A DNA stretch of 64,000 nt from Adineta vaga (GCA_021613535.1 CP075492.1:1736001-1800000), one strand, 5' to 3'. Positions 49,577 to 63,020 are shown, counted from the stretch's first letter. Notes: a model not told the origin generated them from the sequence alone. Numbers and translations: made by a program.

Positions 49577-51295
49577 ATGACGAATCAAGAAAAACAAGCA
49601 GATGAAATCTTGGCATTACAATCAATATTCGATACTAAATTTCGTCTTCTTCATGACAATACTCAATATGAAATTTCCATCGATTTTGATCTAGTTCAAC
49701 CATTTCATCTTCGATACAATGACAAAACATCGATTATTCATCATTTACCATCATTCTCTCTCGTTATTCATTATCACAATGAATATCCAAGTGATTCTCC
49801 TCCTTCATTTCTTCTCTCATGTTTTTATTTTTCGAAATCATCTCTGCAACGTCTTTGTCAACAACTAGATGATTGTTCCTTCGTGAAAGATGAAGTTTGT
49901 GTTTTTGATTGGATCGAATTGATTCGACAGCAAATCACCAATGAACTAATCCTTGATACGACAAACAACGATGAACAAAACCATGAACCACGAGCCCTGA
50001 ATGGCTATTTAACAGAGAATACTGATGAAATCTATCAGTCTTTAATTAGTTATAACAATGAACAAGAAGACAAACAGTTTCAAAATCACCTCCAGACCTG
50101 TTTGATCTGTGCTAATATTATTTCAGGAACTGATTGTATTCGTCTTTATCCTTGTGGACACTTTTATTGTCAAACATGTCTAAATAATTATGTTCGAATG
50201 GCAATAAAAAATGGTCGATTTGGTGAAAGAATCGTTTGTCCGCAAACTGAATGTCAAAAAGCATTACTTCCAAATGAAATCAAACAAATTATTCGCGATG
50301 ATCAATTGTATGAAAGATATGAACGAATCACATTACAACATGCTTTAGAATCAATGAATGATATCATCTGGTGTCCAAGGTCAGTTGTCAAACAAGAAAA
50401 CATAAATAATAAATCTCTTTAGATGTCACTCAGCTGTTCTTACCGGCAATGATGATGATAGATTAGCGATTTGTGAACAATGTCGTTTTACATTTTGTAA
50501 GAAATGTAAAGAAGTATTTCATTCCGAAGACAAATGTCCACGAGATTATCTAATTAAACATATAAGATTACAAAAAGAAAAACAACTTGAAACAATTCGA
50601 AAGCAACAAAAAAAAGATCGAAAAAAATCTACCAAACAAGGACAAAGCTGAAGAAGAATTCGCTCGAATCGAAAAAGAACAGAAAGCTGCCGCTGAAAAA
50701 GAACTTGCTGGACAACATTATCGTGAAGTTACTATTGATTTATCGGAAGAAAATGCTTTATTAGAAGCAGTTTTAAATGCTGAACGAATGGAAGCAATTA
50801 ATAGTCAATTATGTCCAAATTGCCATGTTAGAATTGAAAAAAATGGTGGTTGTCTACATATGCGTTGTTCAAGATGCGGTCATGGTTTTTGTTGGACTAC
50901 GGCAGAGGGATATAACAGTCCTAAGATGATCTCATTGTTATATCATTCTTCTATGGATCAATCTGTCGAATCAATGAAAGAAGAAATAAATAAAAAAATA
51001 GATACAGGTTTGAAATCACTTATTTTTCAAAATCGAATTAAAAATTTTCTTTCTTTTAGCAAAAATATCTGCAGAAGACGAGACAGTTGTAATTAATAAT
51101 CGATCATTTCTCGGTTCTGCTATCGTCAAACGAGTGAAAGCATGTCCAGACATTGCATGTCAAAAGCTGAATGTTAAAATAGGCGATGATAATTTGATTG
51201 TATGTGAGGACTGTTTAGAACAATATTGTTTTCTATGCGGAGAAACAATTAATGGATTAAAACATTTTGAAAAGAAATGTAATCGTCATACATAA
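49577..51295 (+). CDS. RNF14-like RWD-RBR E3 ubiquitin ligase; 3 exons, one frameshift in A-runs near 50610-50630
   Basis: [20 protein letters not shown] (RWD); RING1 CLIC...CGHFYCQTC...CP; IBR WCPRC...CEQC.FTFC..C...H...C; CPNC...[11 protein letters not shown]; introns ~50380-50421 and ~51008-51059. Confidence 0.8.
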
Positions 51296-51545
51296 TTTCA
51301 ATGATTAGTTGATGTCGCTTTTTTCATGACTAATATAAAAATCAAATATGAATTTTTCACTAAAAAAAAAAACACATTTCTTTCGTATCTGACCATCAGT
51401 CTATAAGTTCTTCGTAGCATCAAGGGATGCAACATCCAAAAAGCAGTTTAAGCAATGAAATATAGGAATACTTCTCATATTTTATTTAGAAAAAAAGATA
51501 GTGAACAAATGAAAATGAATGTTAGTTTTTCTACTGCGATGTATT

Positions 51546-52066
51546 TCAAGACGAAGGATCATCATTGAGTTGATACTCCTTGAATCGTTTCTTACTCTCC
51601 GTGATGTATTCTCCATAATTGATCGGCTCATATTTCGGTGGATCATTTACGTTTGTCAACGAGACAATGGGTGTTGCAAATGAAGGCTCCAGAAAAAATG
51701 AAATAGAAAGACGTTCTTCTTTCAATAATTTCACTCGATGGTTGATCGCCTTCAAACAGTCATTAGTCCAGCGTTCTAAACATTTTCCTGTATTCACCAC
51801 CAACGCGTATGGTACGACAGGAACATCAGCCCACGTACCATTTGCGAGCTGAATTTGTAAACCACCGACTTCATGTTGATACAGAAGAGTAAGAAGACAT
51901 CCATCACAGTGCTCTTCGCATGAAAGAGGTGCATCGTCATTCGCACCTCTCGCCACATAGGAGTTGGATCATCTCGTTGGGGATAGAAATTGAGACGGAA
52001 AGTCGAAACAGTTACAGCACCACCCAATGCACGATCATCAAGGAATTGATCAAAATATGAAGCATC
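51546..52066 (-). pseudogene. IPNS-like 2OG-Fe(II) oxygenase C-terminal half, frameshifted, cut by a transposon
   Basis: FRLNFYP, HCD (HxD), GGLQI, VVNTG..LERWTN, HRV, RLS (RxS); frameshift near 51958. Confidence 0.85.
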
Positions 52067-52068
52067 TA

Positions 52069-54932
52069 ACGAGGGAACATACCGAGGCGGTTAAGCGTTT
52101 TAGACCCCATCTTTTAGCCATGAGTAGACCTCGATAAGGTATGAAAAACCCCAGAAGGGTTCGTGCCCTCGTGCCTTTATTCCCGAGAAATCGAATTTTC
52201 AAGATATATAGGAAATGCGAGAATAAAATGAAAAATTACTGTTTTTAAAGAATAATAGAGTATTCGGGTAAAAAAAGTCTTTTAATTTCGTATTCTGTTC
52301 GTGAAACCTGTTTTGAATTAAGAGTTGCATCGAACCTTATCGTCAATATTTCTACTCATTGTTTATCAACCTATAGAATACTGAAAATTCTTCATTTTAT
52401 CATTGATATCATTATAAATCACAAGTCTTTACAAAAATATCAATGAAAATGATAGTTCAGAAAAAAATGATTTAAACATAGTGGCTTAGCATACCAGCTG
52501 CAGTAGATAAATGCAGCCATATCACATGGAGATATAGTGCATATCGTAGCGTCAAACGAAAAACACACTTCGCTTACAGTTTTAAATAACCCTGAATGAT
52601 TGTCTGTGTAACCACTGGCGTACCAAGCGTACTGAATCATCCGATGAAAAACTTCGGAAGAGAGTTGATTATGAGTGAGAGACATAAGACGAATGATATT
52701 ATTGCGTTCGCTAATATTGATGCTGAGTTCATCAAGCAGTACACGATCATATAGCCGACGAGGAATCACTTTCATTTGTCTGTTGGAAAAGACATCCAAT
52801 GGTTGGATTTGATCCGTGGTGTTTTTGGTATTTCAAGTCTTGTGCATCCAGGAATATGATCGTATAATCCTTTTCCGTATGTCTGTCCTTTCCAACAATC
52901 CGAGATAAGTAGAAATTTTTTACGTTTCTCAAGTGACGGAAGGAGTACACGATCGCGCCAATACTCAACCAAAGATGCTGTGAGCTTACCCGAACTGCTA
53001 CAGGTGATCACCACATTGGAGACCTTGAAAAGATGCGAACGGATATTCTCGCTCATGTGCCCTTTGGGTTCTTTCAAGCACAGATAGAATGGTGATAGAA
53101 GATGACCATCTAGTGTGATTGTTGGTTGTACTGTGTAGCTGTGAGTAGTGGCGTTTATAGAACGGACAGATCCAGTTGTAATCTTCTCTCCTTTGTAGCT
53201 CAATGTGCGAGTGGAGTGCAGTTCTAGTTGGATTCCACTTTGATCTGTATTAATAACCTCATTGGCTTCATATTTCGGCAAAAGCTTGCGAACATCAGCC
53301 ACGAACTGACCAGCAGAAATCCTGATCTTCTGTTTGATAGCGCTTCGTCACAATCTGTAAAGAAAACAGCTTCAGTAAATCTCGTAGCAAAATATTTTTA
53401 AGGGAATTGAAGACTCGCGAAAACTGTTAACTTTAAAACTCGTACAAGTGTCTTTTATTTATTTTGATTTATACTTTTGGAGTATGGAGACTTTTTTTAC
53501 AGATTCATAAATACTGATCCAAAATTTCTGACCTTGGTCACTTTGCGTCAGATGATATTGTGTTTGTATTTGAAGTTGTACAGCCAGTGGCTTGAAGCCA
53601 AGAAATTATATAAAGACTCATCCATAGCTTTTTCAATAGCCCACCGTCGAAGATCAATGTCGTGTACTGGCAAAGCATTTTCCCGAGCACGTTCGAACAT
53701 ATCAGATACATGATCATCAATTTTGTCGAGCTTCTGCTTCTTCGTCTCATGTTTTCCAAGATAGTGGCGTAATCTGGCGAGATAGTGTTGATGTGGAATC
53801 CGTCGAAAGTTATGTTTCACTGTTTCCCATCGTCGCTTTCGTTTTCCAGTTCTTGGATTGATCTCATCATAGAAATTAACTGCCTTCATCATGTAATCGA
53901 GTGAAAATTCTTTGCATAATTTTTCCTCATTCTCTTCTTCATCAGTCCAATCGGGACCGTACGTAACTTCGTCTTCATCGTCGATCAACTCATGATCGAG
54001 AGTTGTTTCTGTTTCGACGAAGTGTGAATCACTATTGGTAACTGATTCGAGTACAGCACACAGTAGCTTCCCTATTTCGCATTCGCGATTCGTGATAGTA
54101 TTGATGGTGGTAGAAGTGCGCGAAGCATCAGACAGCAATAAGTTCGATGCTTGATCCATGAAAACTTTTATGACATTTGCTGGATTAATCATTTTAAAAT
54201 AGTTACCAGAACAACTGATATAAACTGCTTGGTCGTGTTTCACTTGTTTATTATATAAAAGACCGAATGAAAAGAAAAACGATCACATAGCACAAATTAT
54301 CCACAAAAGAGAAAAGGAAGAGAATAAAATTAAGAGAACGTGGAAGAAAGAATATAATATAACATTCATCCCCAAAAACATGACGGCATGGGAGAGAAGA
54401 AAACGGGGAGTGATATAATGGGTAATGTATCGCCGGCACTTTTTCATCATGTATTATTTTATGGTTTATAATGATATCAATGATAAAATGAAGAATTTTC
54501 AGTATTCTATAGGTTGATAAACAATGAGTAGAAATATTGACGATAAGGTTCGATGCAACTCTTAATTCAAAACAGGTTTCACGAACAGAATACGAAATTA
54601 AAAGACTTTTTTTACCCGAATACTCTATTATTCTTTAAAAACAGTAATTTTTCATTTTATTCTCGCATTTCCTATATATCTTGAAAATTCGATTTCTCGG
54701 GAATAAAGGCACGAGAGCACGAACCCTTCTGGGATTTTTCATACCTCATCGAGGTCTACTCATGGCCAAAAGATGGGAGTGGTGTCACATATCCCCAGAT
54801 CGGGGATGCACCCCCATCTCCCGCGGGAGATGAGTCCGTATCCATCGACAGATGCAGTATCTAGTGCGGGATATGTGACACTGCTGAAAGATGGCGTCTA
54901 AAACACTTAACCACTTCGGTATGGTCCCTCGT
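52069..54932 (-). mobile_element. pogo-like (HTH_CENPB + DDE) transposon with 350-bp TIRs and TA TSD; transposase defective
   Basis: TIRs 52069-52418 and 54465-54932 (ACGAGGG...); FERAR...LRRWA...FLASSHWLYNFK HTH; NTDQSG and LISDCW DDE motifs; stops and frameshifts. Confidence 0.9.
54777..54886. mobile_element. 110-bp hAT-type MITE inserted into the right TIR
   Basis: Arms gagtggtgtcacatatccc / gggatatgtgacactgctg; perfect 8-bp TSD AAAGATGG (54769-54776, 54887-54894); absent from the left TIR. Confidence 0.9.
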
Positions 54933-55119
54933 TAGTTGAATAATATTAAAAATCGGTTAAGAGCTAATAAAAACAAGATGAAATCTACCTAGTGAAAAAT
55001 TTCTTTGAAGAAATCATGGTAATGTCTGATGATATGGGACACATAATCAGATGATTTCTTAGCGTACTAACTTTTTCCCAAAATAATTCGATGAAAATTG
55101 ATTTTTTTGTTTCTAAAAT

Positions 55120-55580
55120 CATGTTTTAATAATCGTTTCTAGGCGATTTTAATCGATTATTCCATAAAAAACTATATGAAATTTAAAAAAATCGATTATA
55201 ACCACTTCTATGGATAGAAATTTCAATCAAATAAAATTTTACTTTGTAATTATTAATTAATTACAATCAATTAGTCAGAAAGAAATCAGTTGAAACCTTG
55301 AAAAATCAGTTAAAATCTAAGAAATTGATTATAATTTAGATAATTAATTAAAGTTTGAATTAAATTAAATCTGATTTCATGATTTTGAATTGATTAAAAT
55401 CTCAATTATATAAAATCAAGTTTTACAATTATCAGTCGATTTTAATTGATAAATTGGTCAAAAGTCAAGGATATTTCAAGAAGACAATTATAATTCCAGT
55501 AATCGATTAAAATCTCAATTCAATCAAATTCGATTTTATAATTAAGTATAGATTATAATCAATTAATCACCGAAGAAGTA
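55120..55580. repeat. AT-rich degenerate repeat region (aatcgatta/aattgatta motifs)
   Basis: Many recurrent aatcgatt/aattgatt motifs; probably transposon subterminal sequence. Confidence 0.4.
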
Positions 55581-55970
55581 TATAAAATATTTTGATCATC
55601 GTCAACTGATTCATTTGAATAGTTTTTCCTCGGCGACATCAAGATTTGTAGTTACTTCTTATATCTATACCAACTAAGGAGATACCACACTTCTGGTTTT
55701 GCGATATCCATGTCAGAGGTGCCCAGAGGGCATATTTTTCGCTTTCCCTGCAGACACTTCTCATGCACACTGTTTAATTCTATTTCAAATCGATGATAGT
55801 CTATTCTACATTCTATATATCGCAAAAAATAAAATATAAATTAGTTGACATAGATTTAATTTCAGTCAAGTACAATTAGTAAGAAAAAAGACGTTCTTGA
55901 AATCCTTCAAAAACCCAACAAATTTATGAACTCCCATGTGAAAAAAATTATGAAAAATATGATTAAAATC

Positions 55971-56045
55971 GGGGTGTGGGTGTGGGTTAAGAGTATAGCT
56001 TGACCTACACCCATCCACACCCACACCCACACCCACCCTCAAGAT
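55971..56045. repeat. Telomere-like cassette #16 (spacer class C)
   Basis: ggggtgtgggtgtggg-ttaagagtatagcttgacc-tacacccatccacacccacacccacacccaccctcaagat. Confidence 0.92.
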
Positions 56046-57048
56046 ATTTTCAAAATTCGATCGTACATATACAAGTGAAAATTCGGAAGAATCATCGTCT
56101 ATATTGTTTCAATCAGTTGTTGCACAATCTATATTTGTTTTACGTCAATGTTCATTAAATGCTCAAAATTCATTACATTCTCGACCATGTGTAGCTATAT
56201 CTACATTATTTTTACGAATTCCATCTGACATAACGACAAAGTTCCTAGTTTATCATTTAATTCCACTACCCATTGTTTCTAATGGGAATAAATATATTTA
56301 TTCGAACCTTCCAAAAATAGTTGGAATTAATCCACTAGAACAATCGTTAATTATATGGAATGATGAAAGTGATATCAAGCAGTGTATATTTTCGTCTATC
56401 GTTCAATGTGAAAAAAAGCCTGTCTCCATGTCAATATCTAAATCATTATGTCTATCTCAATTATTGGACGATAACCAATTAGTCACCAATATGTGCAAAA
56501 TTAGCAGATCACAACATATCGATCAAGATGTAATTCATATTGACAACGGTATTTGGTTATTTTTTAATATTTATCAAACTCAATATTGTCACATTTCATC
56601 GACTTCTAAAGAATTTAGTGAAGCATTTTCGATATCAGAAGCCTCAGTCGTACATACACCATGTGGCAAGGCAATCACTTGCGCCGATGTTCAATTACCA
56701 TCATCATCATCATCATCATCATGTCCAAAACATCATCGAACTATTGTCAGATCAAGTATTGCAACAAAGTCCCGAAATTTACCAAATTTCGTCGAACCAT
56801 TGAAGAAAATGACCGATACGCTAATTTCCTCTTATCAGCAACAATCACAACAATCTATTAATGAATTATCAACAATTTTTGCCTCGAAGCAATTATTGAC
56901 AATTCACGATATAATATTATATATTATAGTTCTATTAGTAACTATTATCTGCTCTATACTTTTATATATATGGAGATATTTTCTAAACAAAGTACGCAGG
57001 CCTGTACGTCGCTTGAACACTGTTCTAGACGACATCTTTACTGTATAA
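56046..57048 (+). pseudogene. Env/class-I fusion glycoprotein-like C-terminal half (baculovirus F/gypsy env type), 5'-truncated at cassette #16
   Basis: LRIP...VYHLIPLP, Cys spacing C..C...CL..LL...C...NGIWL...C...PC...C, heptad stalk, TM and basic tail; the frame is open back to the cassette. Confidence 0.7.
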
Positions 57049-57239
57049 TTGTATACATCTAGTTATTCTGTACTTGATCTTTTTCTAATAAATGTTAATA
57101 TTCAATATCCATGTTTGTTATGTAATATTATCAATAAATATGAACGTTTTTTCAAAAATTAGCTCATATACTTTATTTTCCTACTATTATTGTCTTAAAC
57201 CTATTCACAAAAGCCTTTTTTGGTTATAATTTACTTGAA

Positions 57240-57870
57240 CATAGCATCCATAGTACTCAATCGATAGATCTCATTGAGTTCTATCTTGGTCTAACATTGA
57301 TCTAACGTAGTCTGACCTCTAAGTCAATATTTTTTGGATATAGTAAATTCATTAGTAAGGAGTTACTATTTACTAATTTTTACCACTATAATAGATCCGA
57401 ATATAGCATCCAAGGTAGTCAATCGATAAAGCTTGACGAGTTCTATCGATCCTGAAAGTTTCACCATTTGGTCCCATCTATGAGCGAATCCATACAGGTT
57501 TTAGTGAGAGTTACTAGTAAAAACTGGTGTATTTAGCGAATTTTACTAGTAAGACATATCCGAATCGGGCCAAAAAGGTGTTCTCTCGATAGAGCTCGTC
57601 GAGATCTATCAGTCCTGAAAGTTTCTCTGCTTGGTCCCGTCGATAGGCGAATCCATTCAGGTTTTACTGAATTTTTACCATTTTTTACCTCATTTTTACT
57701 AGTTTTTTTGGGTTTTTTACTAGAAGGAAGGGTCTTTTGAAAAAAGTAAATACACCATTCGATAGAGCTCCTCGAGCTGCATCTCGGTCCGATGTTGGTC
57801 CCACTTGGTCCCATCATCAGGCGAATCCATTCAAGAAAAACTCGAATCCTATTCTAAGATATCCTACGTG
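57240..57870. repeat. ~165-bp degenerate tandem repeat with palindrome gatagagctcgtcgagatctatc; related copy at 59667-59776
   Basis: Motif at ~57261, 57423, 57586, 57759; shared end actcgaatc...taagatatcctac at ~57840 and ~59748. Confidence 0.65.
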
Positions 57871-58283
57871 TTAATAGATTTATATAGAAATGTGTATGAA
57901 ACTGAATTTTGGCTTGTTTTGGTTGTCTTAAAAGTTACTGCTAGCTTTTAGAAATATATTATCCCTGAATATTTTTGCGAATTCTTCTTTGTTATGAAGA
58001 TGACAATGGAAAAAGAGATAACTGGAAAGTAAATTTGACGCGTTGATTAGATTGTTGAAACAAAAGATCGTTGCGATAATGAATGACTCATATAGCTGTA
58101 CAATAGATTAAATAGCTATAGCAAGTTGAAATGGCTGTAAGATGTTTAGATTGCTAATGAATGACTTAAATAGCTGTGTGTAAGTTGCAAAGCGAAAAGA
58201 AAACAAAAGTGCATTCGTATCGAACTGATCATTTTTTGCCAATTTAATTATCAAAACAAATTGTATCTCTTTTGAGAATGAGC

Positions 58284-58439
58284 CAAGGGGGGGGGAAAGC
58301 GAGACTTCAGGATTCAAATACTTCATCGGACTTCACCCATACTTCAACGTACTTCACTGGTACTTCATCTTACTTCAACGTACTTCATCTTACTTCAGAT
58401 ACTGCATGAAGTAGATGAAGTCTCGCTTTTCCCCCCTGG
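58284..58439. mobile_element. MITE with CAAGGG..AAAGCGAGACTTCA arms and internal (tacttca) minisatellite
   Basis: Inverted arms; flanks gaatgagc/gagtgagc (7/8 TSD); arms related to the MITE at 38763. Confidence 0.75.
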
Positions 58440-60115
58440 GAGTGAGCCCAGATTACACAATAACACATTTAAAACCACATATCCCGCTTCAAAATACACA
58501 TTTTACAGGAGAACACGCAACGAATCGAACCACGACAATACACAGACAAATACACCAAAACAAACTTTCCCTATTAAATTACAAGTATATTATCCTCATT
58601 CATACCACAAATAGTCGTCCATAGAAAACTATTCAATGCGCATCCAGTTTGACTTCACTCTGCGCATTGAAAAATCACTTTTTATACCCAACAAACCCCA
58701 AATAGTGACACATACAAAAGCCTACCGGAATCTCTTCCACCCATATAAATCCATTTTTCTACAGAATCCGATGGGTGAAATATGCAATGACCATATATAT
58801 AGATTTTAAAACACAAGTTTCATTCTCCCGCGTGTTCTTTGTGTGAAACATTTAACCAACAAAAATATGTGTAAGTTTTCTAGTTGTATAACTTCGTGAG
58901 TTCTGTTTATTCGTTAACAAGGTGAAAATAATAACAATAAGAAAGTAGGAAGAGAAAGATAAGAGAGATAAGAGAGAAGATAAGAACAGATGGCGCAGGT
59001 GTTTGTAAGCGTCCATATGAAAATACATGCGCGTATTTATACTGGTCAGTTTCCATGACTCATGTCATCATGCGTCATGATTACATGATGCAAGAGATAG
59101 AAGATATCATATACATCTGACATCATGAGTCATGATAACATATGAACATTTGACATGTGTCATATGATTGAACTGATGCAATGTTTTTCATATTAACAAT
59201 ACGAATTTGAGATCTGCTAGAAATCCGACAGAAATCCTGTCGGAATACAACAGTTGGTAGTATGATCGGTTCCAACAACCGGATATCATATGAAACGATA
59301 AAATGCTCGCCCGTCGGATCCTATAAGAATTCCTAAGCCCGGATTGTTGTCGCTTCTCATCAGATCCGTGATCGGATTTATTGACCTGGGAATACACATT
59401 TACATATATAACACTTCTAACATTCATGTAAACAGTGTATGTAAGTGATATAGCAAGCTAAAGAAATTTTATTTACTGGTAAAGTAAAAGTAAAGTGCCA
59501 CCCCTACCTTGTATCGGCCGAAAGAACCTTTTTTGATTCGGTAAAACTCCTTTTTTTTACAGTGCAGTTAGTTGCTGCTATTGCATCGCTTGAAATGAGG
59601 GAAAGATTGATAATTAGCACTTTTTTTGGTGATAAATAGCTGAAAATTAGAAAATCATATGTGAAATCGATAGAGCTCATCGAGTTCTACTTGGAACCAG
59701 TGTGATCAAAGTTGGAACGCATACTCATGCGAATCGGCCTAGGAAATACTCGAATCAGGTCGTAAGATATCCTACATCATGCTTTTCTCTTCCAAATTTT
59801 CAAAGTTATGAATAGCCAACTACGTTTATCAGACGGGATTATTGTTCAAAAAAATCTAATATAAAATCCTTATACAAATGATCCCAAGATTTCCAGACTT
59901 CATTACAATTTAAATAACTTAACAGAAAAATATTAGTATGACGACTGATACAAGACATCATAATTGATTAATAGAATATCGACATACCGATTTGTCTTAT
60001 TCTTAATCTCAAATAAAAGTGTTATAGCAATGTAATCCGCTTTTTCCATATGAACTATACATTTCCATTATTTTATTATTTCTGTATTAAATAAAAAATA
60101 TTCAAGGAATGTCGT

Positions 60116-62113
60116 TTATAACAAAGGAAAATAATGAAAAAAATTTTCTGGATATATCCTTGGTCGTAAATCAAAAATAAGACGTTTTAAGTTTGCGCAG
60201 TTAGTACGAGCTGCAGTATTTGTAAAATTCTCTGTTGCCATAACTAAATGTTCATAATTAATATGTAATATACGAAGAGAAGGTAGACATGTGTTACAAT
60301 CGAAAAGAAATTGTTTTGTATAGTCGATGTATGATCCAGAAAGATCAAGTCTGATTAGATGAGGAAACTTGATTACCATCAACGTGTTTTCATTTTGGTA
60401 CTCTTCTTTTATCTTCTTCTTTTGTGAATTTGGATTAAATACTACGAAGTCTTTTAATAATGGAAAACATTGCGAGATTCGAAGAAAAAATTCGTGTTCA
60501 AATGGATAAAAGAAATCGTGTACGTATAAATAACGAACAGTACAAAATAAACCGACAGGAAATTTATTTGAATGTATATGCATACGATCCATAACAAATG
60601 GAAGCGAATAAATATGATACAGACCTTTACTTAATGGATTGTAGTCAGTATAACAATCTAAATTATACCCTCTTTCGACGAGAACATGGCCTAGAACATC
60701 AGGTGGCGAAATAAGTTCTTCCAGTACTCTAACACCATCAGTAATAATATTAAAGATAAATGTATGTAGATATAACATCGGACTAAGTATATCATTAACT
60801 AATGAATTACCATCGACGAATGATCTTCGATTATAAACAACAAGTGACAATGTGAGTTCTTCTAAATAAAACAGTCGGCTAATAAACGGTACAATTAGAT
60901 TATCATATACAGTTGTCCGTCCCAGTGAAATTAATGAAAAACATTTGAGATTTGAAACAATTTCCTAAAGAGAAAAAAGATAAGTATTAATATATGATAT
61001 TTAGTTGATTATTTTATGAATAAACGAGAATCTTTCGAATTACTAGATTGTATTTTTCAACTCTCTCGAAGAGCAGAAAGTAGAAAGTATATTTAAAAGT
61101 TTAATTTTTTGCTTAGTGTCGAAAATCTACAAGAACATCGGTAACACCTTGTACAAATGTCAAAGATGCGAATATTCCAGACAGAATCATCTCATGGATT
61201 TATCATACCTAGTTCCTAAATTTTCAGATAGTACATCATGTGTGCTTGACCAAAAGTTCTTTCCATGCACTCATTCATCCTCATCAACAATTCTGTTCAC
61301 TAGTAAAGTGTTTAGTTTATATCTAATATTATCATTGACGATAATACTTCTCTCTTGTTATCAGTCTTTTACCTTATTTTTGTTGGCCATTGACGTTTGT
61401 CGAATTCGTTGAACATTAACAATGAGGGTGCGCAGTTGGCTAAGACGTCCATCAAGTAAATAATAACAAACATCAAAATCAAATATTTTTATATTTAAAC
61501 AAACAACGTGAGATGAGTAGCATGCTGATAATGGCAAATCTACAGCTGAGATTGGTAAATATGAATAATGATCTTGAAAATAAAATTGAAGATGTGCTAG
61601 ATTTGTAAATGTTAGGAAAACATCAGTAAAAACCCTTCGAGATAATTCTTTCTTTTGAACAAATACGTGTTCTTCATTAATCATAATAGCAAGATGTGAA
61701 ATTTGATTTTGTAAGGTATGAATAATTGACGATTTACTGTTGAACATTTCATATATTATGGCGTATTCAACATTGTTGAGAGTAAGTTTATGAAGTTGAG
61801 AATAATTTCCAATAGGAAGAAGACGATCAATTGAGAACAGATCGATAGTAAGACATTTAATACAGTGTTCAATACGAGGTATGATGTCTAAACAAAATCG
61901 ATCAAGAATAAAACTAATTTCCAAATTCTTAGCATTATCTGATATTTTTACAAAATCAAGAGCTTCTGTAAAACTTCTATCTCGAGCCACTCGATCGAGT
62001 TTTCGATTAACTCCTATAAGTGAATATAATACATCCATATTATCGAGTTTGTTAAAAATATTAAGTAATATTTCATCGCTAAGTGTAAGAATATTTGCCG
62101 TTGAATGTGTCAT
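60116..62113 (-). CDS. F-box/LRR-family protein, two exons (62113-~61373, 60964-60116)
   Basis: LSDEILLNIFNKL...LYSLIGVN..LD; YLLDGRLSQL; HIYSLPF, FEHEFFLRISQCFPLL, FPHL, YTKQFL. The intron joins the ORFs. Confidence 0.82.
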
Positions 62114-63020
62114 GTGTATTTCTTAGATTGTGAGTATAACTCGTCTTCTTTCTCTCTTTATATATCCGTTATACAGATAAGCGAATTTTCTCGTCGCGTC
62201 TGGCCCAAAACAGACAGAAAAAATAAAACCGAATAACCAATGAAATTGCGTAAATCATATTGATTATTTCACTTTTTCTATATGGATTGGGCGTCTGACG
62301 TGTTTTACAATGTGCAGTATTTTCTCTCCCGTCTGAATTCCAAGGTGACCATGTATATAGTCAAATTTGTTCGAATGTGAGCTCGGACACATCGGTAAGA
62401 ATTAGTATATCATGAATAATGTACATATGAATTATATTGTATTAACATAATACATTAAAGATTTATTATTTTGACAAAGTTACATAGAAAAACAATGACT
62501 TTAATCAAATTATTTCATTTACATTTTATTTTCTCTGATTTTATTCAAAAAATTTCATCAAATAGAACAAACTCGAACTAACATAGAATTTGCTCTTGAT
62601 ACAAGTAACAAAAGTACGTTTTACTAAAATTAATGATTGAATTCCTATTGTAGAATAATTTAAAAATGCAATAGAATTGGTAACCGAAATATATGTACAA
62701 AACCTTTGATTGACCTTGATCAATATGAGATATTTGCAAGCAGTATAGTGAATATGTTCAAGAAGGACAAAAAAATGTTGTTGTAGTATAAGAGAAAATT
62801 TCTGTTTCGATTTTATTTACATAATCAATCCAATAAATTAGATTATATGGAGTAAGTTGTTTAATATATCGTGAAATGAGGTTAAGTGTTGATTTGTTTA
62901 TTTAATAATTTTTATAAAAATATTGACATTTATCAAATTGTGATAAGCGCGATAAAAATCATTTGATAACTGAATTAATGGACATAGATCTCAGACAAAC
63001 AGAAAAGATAAAACTATAGT

